In this document: positions 22,091-24,000 of the stretch, in pieces | Layout of the letters: the number at the start of each line of letters is the position of its first letter | How positions within the stretch are numbered: position 1 is the first letter of the stretch | Assembly (NCBI GenBank): GCA_044507735.1 | Contig: JBIQJB010000001.1 | Span: 102,255-126,254, forward strand | Direction: 5' to 3' | Source of the DNA: Nitrosopumilales archaeon | Lineage (GTDB): Archaea; Thermoproteota; Nitrososphaeria; Nitrososphaerales; Nitrososphaeraceae | DNA length: 24,000 nucleotides | Position numbers and translations under genes: made by a program | Notes under the pieces: model-generated | Told to the model about the DNA's origin: nothing | What the model saw: the letters and a program-made list of their open reading frames with translations, nothing else | Databases searched by the model: none

Positions 22091-23755
22091 ATGTCGGCGA
22101 TGCGAATTCCTTTTGCTTTAGCAATAATCCTTATCGTCGGCATGGCGGTGAGTTTCGTCTCCTCTTCCTATCTATCTGCATTAGCACAGGTAGCCGAGGT
22201 TCCCGGAATGCGACCGGACGTCGTTTACGGTGAGGCTAAGCGCAACGTTATTTTGACATTCTATATAGGCCAAAACGACACTGCACGGCTGCTGGAAATC
22301 CTTGACGTCCTGCAGGAAGGCAACGTCAGCAAAGCAATATTTTTCATGCAACCCAGCTTTGTGGAGAACAACGCCACTCTTGCTACTGCAGTGGGACAGA
22401 GTGGATATTCCGTTCTCCCGTGGCGCGATATAGGTCACTACGACCCTGCTCATCCCCCGACAGAATTTGAAGGCATCCTGCTCTCAGACAGAGATATCCT
22501 TGGTAGGACCGCCAAGATAGCCGATGTCATGGCGTTCTACAACGTTGCGTTGCACTCTACAAACTCTAGCACAATCGCGTTCACGCCAAGCACAACTGGC
22601 TTTAATGCGTCAACCAGTATTGCGGTGCTTGAGGAGTTGCTGGAAAATGCAGGCAGGACGCTTGCATTTGTCGGCGATGGCGGAACCAACATAATTTCCC
22701 CGCCAATTCCTATGCTAGTTGGCCAGGCAGAAAATCTGACGACGAGCGCTATTGGGGTTAACACGACTGATAGGATTGTGGTGGCAGATGGTGAATGGAA
22801 CATGCAGAACCTGCAACAGAGGTATCCGCAGGACATAAGCGTAATCCAGACCCATTTTGGTACAAGTTATTTGATTGATACTACTTTGGTCATTGGCGAG
22901 AACGCGCGTTTGGACATTTCTGGCGAAAATGTTCTGATAGCGTCGCCGGTCCAGGACAGCGACAGAAGATTGGAGATAGCAGGAAACGCTTCCATAGTCA
23001 ATTCAAATGTCTCTTCATGGGATACAGTACAGAACACTCAAGACCTAAACCCGTATCATCAGCGACCTTTTATTCTGGTAAATGGCGGCCAAGTTGAAAT
23101 CAGAAACTCGACCATAAGCCACCTTGGCTTTCCGCTAGCCGGTCTGAGCGAGAATAGGAACGCAAGAGCTGCTCTGATGTTTCTTGAAAGCGGCAACTTT
23201 ACAATTGCTAATTCTACCATTGCATTCAACTTTGACGGGATCTATGCAAGGAACAGCAGCCATTTCCAGATCATCGGCAACGAGGTCTATGGCAATGTCC
23301 GATCAGGGATAGACATCCGGTCAGGATCGAACAACTTTGTTATCCGCAACAACTACGTGCATGACAACGGCTATGAAGGTATGATCTGTACGGAATGCAC
23401 GGGTGGAGTACTTATGGAAAGCAACAATGTCGCGCACAATGAAGAGACGGGAATAAAGCTGTTTTCACACACCAACTCTACTACGGTTTCGCACAACGAC
23501 CTCAGATACAACGAAAAGTTCGGCGTCTACCTTCGAAACAACAGCACAGGCAATGTGATCAGCAACAATACCGTGGTTGGAAGTGAAGAAGGGATAACAC
23601 TTACCGGCTCCTCAACCGGTAACACGATTGCAGACAACAACTTGATGGCTAACGGTGTGGCAATAGAATCGGACGATACAAGCCAATCAAACGTGTTCAG
23701 GAACAACAGGATAACGAGCACAACTCTGATAACGAACACAACTCTGACTCGATAG
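22091..23755 (+). CDS. Secreted or membrane-anchored glycoprotein: degenerate NodB (polysaccharide deacetylase)-like N-domain plus right-handed parallel beta-helix (PbH1/NosD-like) repeats
   Basis: Signal/anchor MRIPFALAIILIVGMAVSFVSSSYLSALAQ. NVILTFYIGQND...KAIFFMQPSFV resembles NodB but lacks the TFDDG aspartates. Residues ~390-550 carry repeated units of ~22 aa (N..I..N.i..N...GI) typical of PbH1. About 17 N-X-S/T sequons by hand count. The start is ambiguous: ATG 22091, ATG 22100 or GTG 22037. Confidence 0.8.
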   Translation: MSAMRIPFALAIILIVGMAVSFVSSSYLSALAQVAEVPGMRPDVVYGEAKRNVILTFYIGQNDTARLLEILDVLQEGNVSKAIFFMQPSFVENNATLATAVGQSGYSVLPWRDIGHYDPAHPPTEFEGILLSDRDILGRTAKIADVMAFYNVALHSTNSSTIAFTPSTTGFNASTSIAVLEELLENAGRTLAFVGDGGTNIISPPIPMLVGQAENLTTSAIGVNTTDRIVVADGEWNMQNLQQRYPQDISVIQTHFGTSYLIDTTLVIGENARLDISGENVLIASPVQDSDRRLEIAGNASIVNSNVSSWDTVQNTQDLNPYHQRPFILVNGGQVEIRNSTISHLGFPLAGLSENRNARAALMFLESGNFTIANSTIAFNFDGIYARNSSHFQIIGNEVYGNVRSGIDIRSGSNNFVIRNNYVHDNGYEGMICTECTGGVLMESNNVAHNEETGIKLFSHTNSTTVSHNDLRYNEKFGVYLRNNSTGNVISNNTVVGSEEGITLTGSSTGNTIADNNLMANGVAIESDDTSQSNVFRNNRITSTTLITNTTLTR

Positions 23756-23756
23756 G

Positions 23757-24000
23757 TTAGACTTGGTGCCTCATTGCGCAGTGCTCTGCCATACACTCCC
23801 TAGAACAGAACTCAAAACTGCAGCCGTCATGGCTGCAGGGCACAGGTTCTGAGTGGTTGAACTTCATGTTGCAATAGGTGCACACCGTTTCGAGTTCCGG
23901 GAAGTCGCGATTGAGGAACTGCTCGCACGACCTCTTTTCTCTGAACCAGAGCACCTCAAGGTTCAACTTTTCGGCGTGTGTCAGGACCGTGTCATAGGCC
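23757..24000 (-). CDS. C-terminal part of a protein ending in a Cys/His-rich zinc-finger-like module (N-terminus lies beyond the window)
   Basis: The frame stays open to nt 24000 upstream of the track's TTG at 23966 (...AYDTVLTHAEKLNLEVLWFREKRS...). The C-terminus is CTYCNMKFNHSEPVPCSHDGCSFEFCSRECMAEHCAMRH. Its stop lies 1 nt from the stop of the convergent glycoprotein gene. Confidence 0.5.
   Translation of the reverse strand, partial: AYDTVLTHAEKLNLEVLWFREKRSCEQFLNRDFPELETVCTYCNMKFNHSEPVPCSHDGCSFEFCSRECMAEHCAMRHQV

Noticed and set aside
1-24000. CRISPR arrays, rRNA genes, IS elements and defence-system genes
   Set aside because: I saw no regularly spaced direct repeats, no rRNA-like sequence, no transposase, integrase or Cas-like ORF, and no terminal inverted repeats flanking any block.

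Overview
The window looks like a chromosomal segment of an ammonia-oxidising archaeon of the Nitrososphaera type (Thaumarchaeota/Nitrososphaerota group I.1b), about 50% GC by eye. The assignment rests on two proteins I recognise directly. One is a full-length archaeal AmoA (12976..13626, -). The other is an archaeal AmoB (4583..5140, +) with a signal peptide followed by the mature N-terminus HGVQAQLQSRF. These two genes lie about 7.8 kb apart and no amoC is present.

Housekeeping genes fill the space between and around them:
- A conserved archaeal operon: L21e, RpoF, DUF655, KsgA and a HemK-like methyltransferase.
- Upstream and between the amo genes: radA, cobJ/cbiH, aspartate kinase, PCNA, TFS and RpoL.
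- Near amoA: tRNA-Pro(UGG) and a nitroreductase.
- In the right-hand part of the window: a nucleotide-sugar dehydrogenase and an MtnA-like isomerase.

Most genes have an A/T-rich TATA-like box about 21-35 nt upstream of the start codon, which suggests leaderless or short-leader transcripts. Several starts are TTG or GTG.

The regions most worth a second look are:
1. The amoA-upstream block, all on the minus strand. It holds a ~0.8 kb ORF-free spacer rich in hairpins, a 100-aa two-TM protein (possible AmoX) and a 391-aa secreted protein with a PEF-CTERM-like anchor. Each gene has its own TATA box and a C-rich/oligo-T terminator.
2. A DUF59(SufT/MIP18)-PqqD-like fusion. It overlaps a TrmB-like methyltransferase by 1 nt and is followed by a sequon-dense beta-helix surface protein.
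3. A membrane-anchored protein whose pterin-4a-carbinolamine dehydratase domain is predicted to face outward.
4. An AmmeMemoRadiSam-type radical SAM gene without its usual partner genes.
5. An island of small genes at about 16.1-17.4 kb.

I found no CRISPR array, rRNA gene, transposase or integrase.
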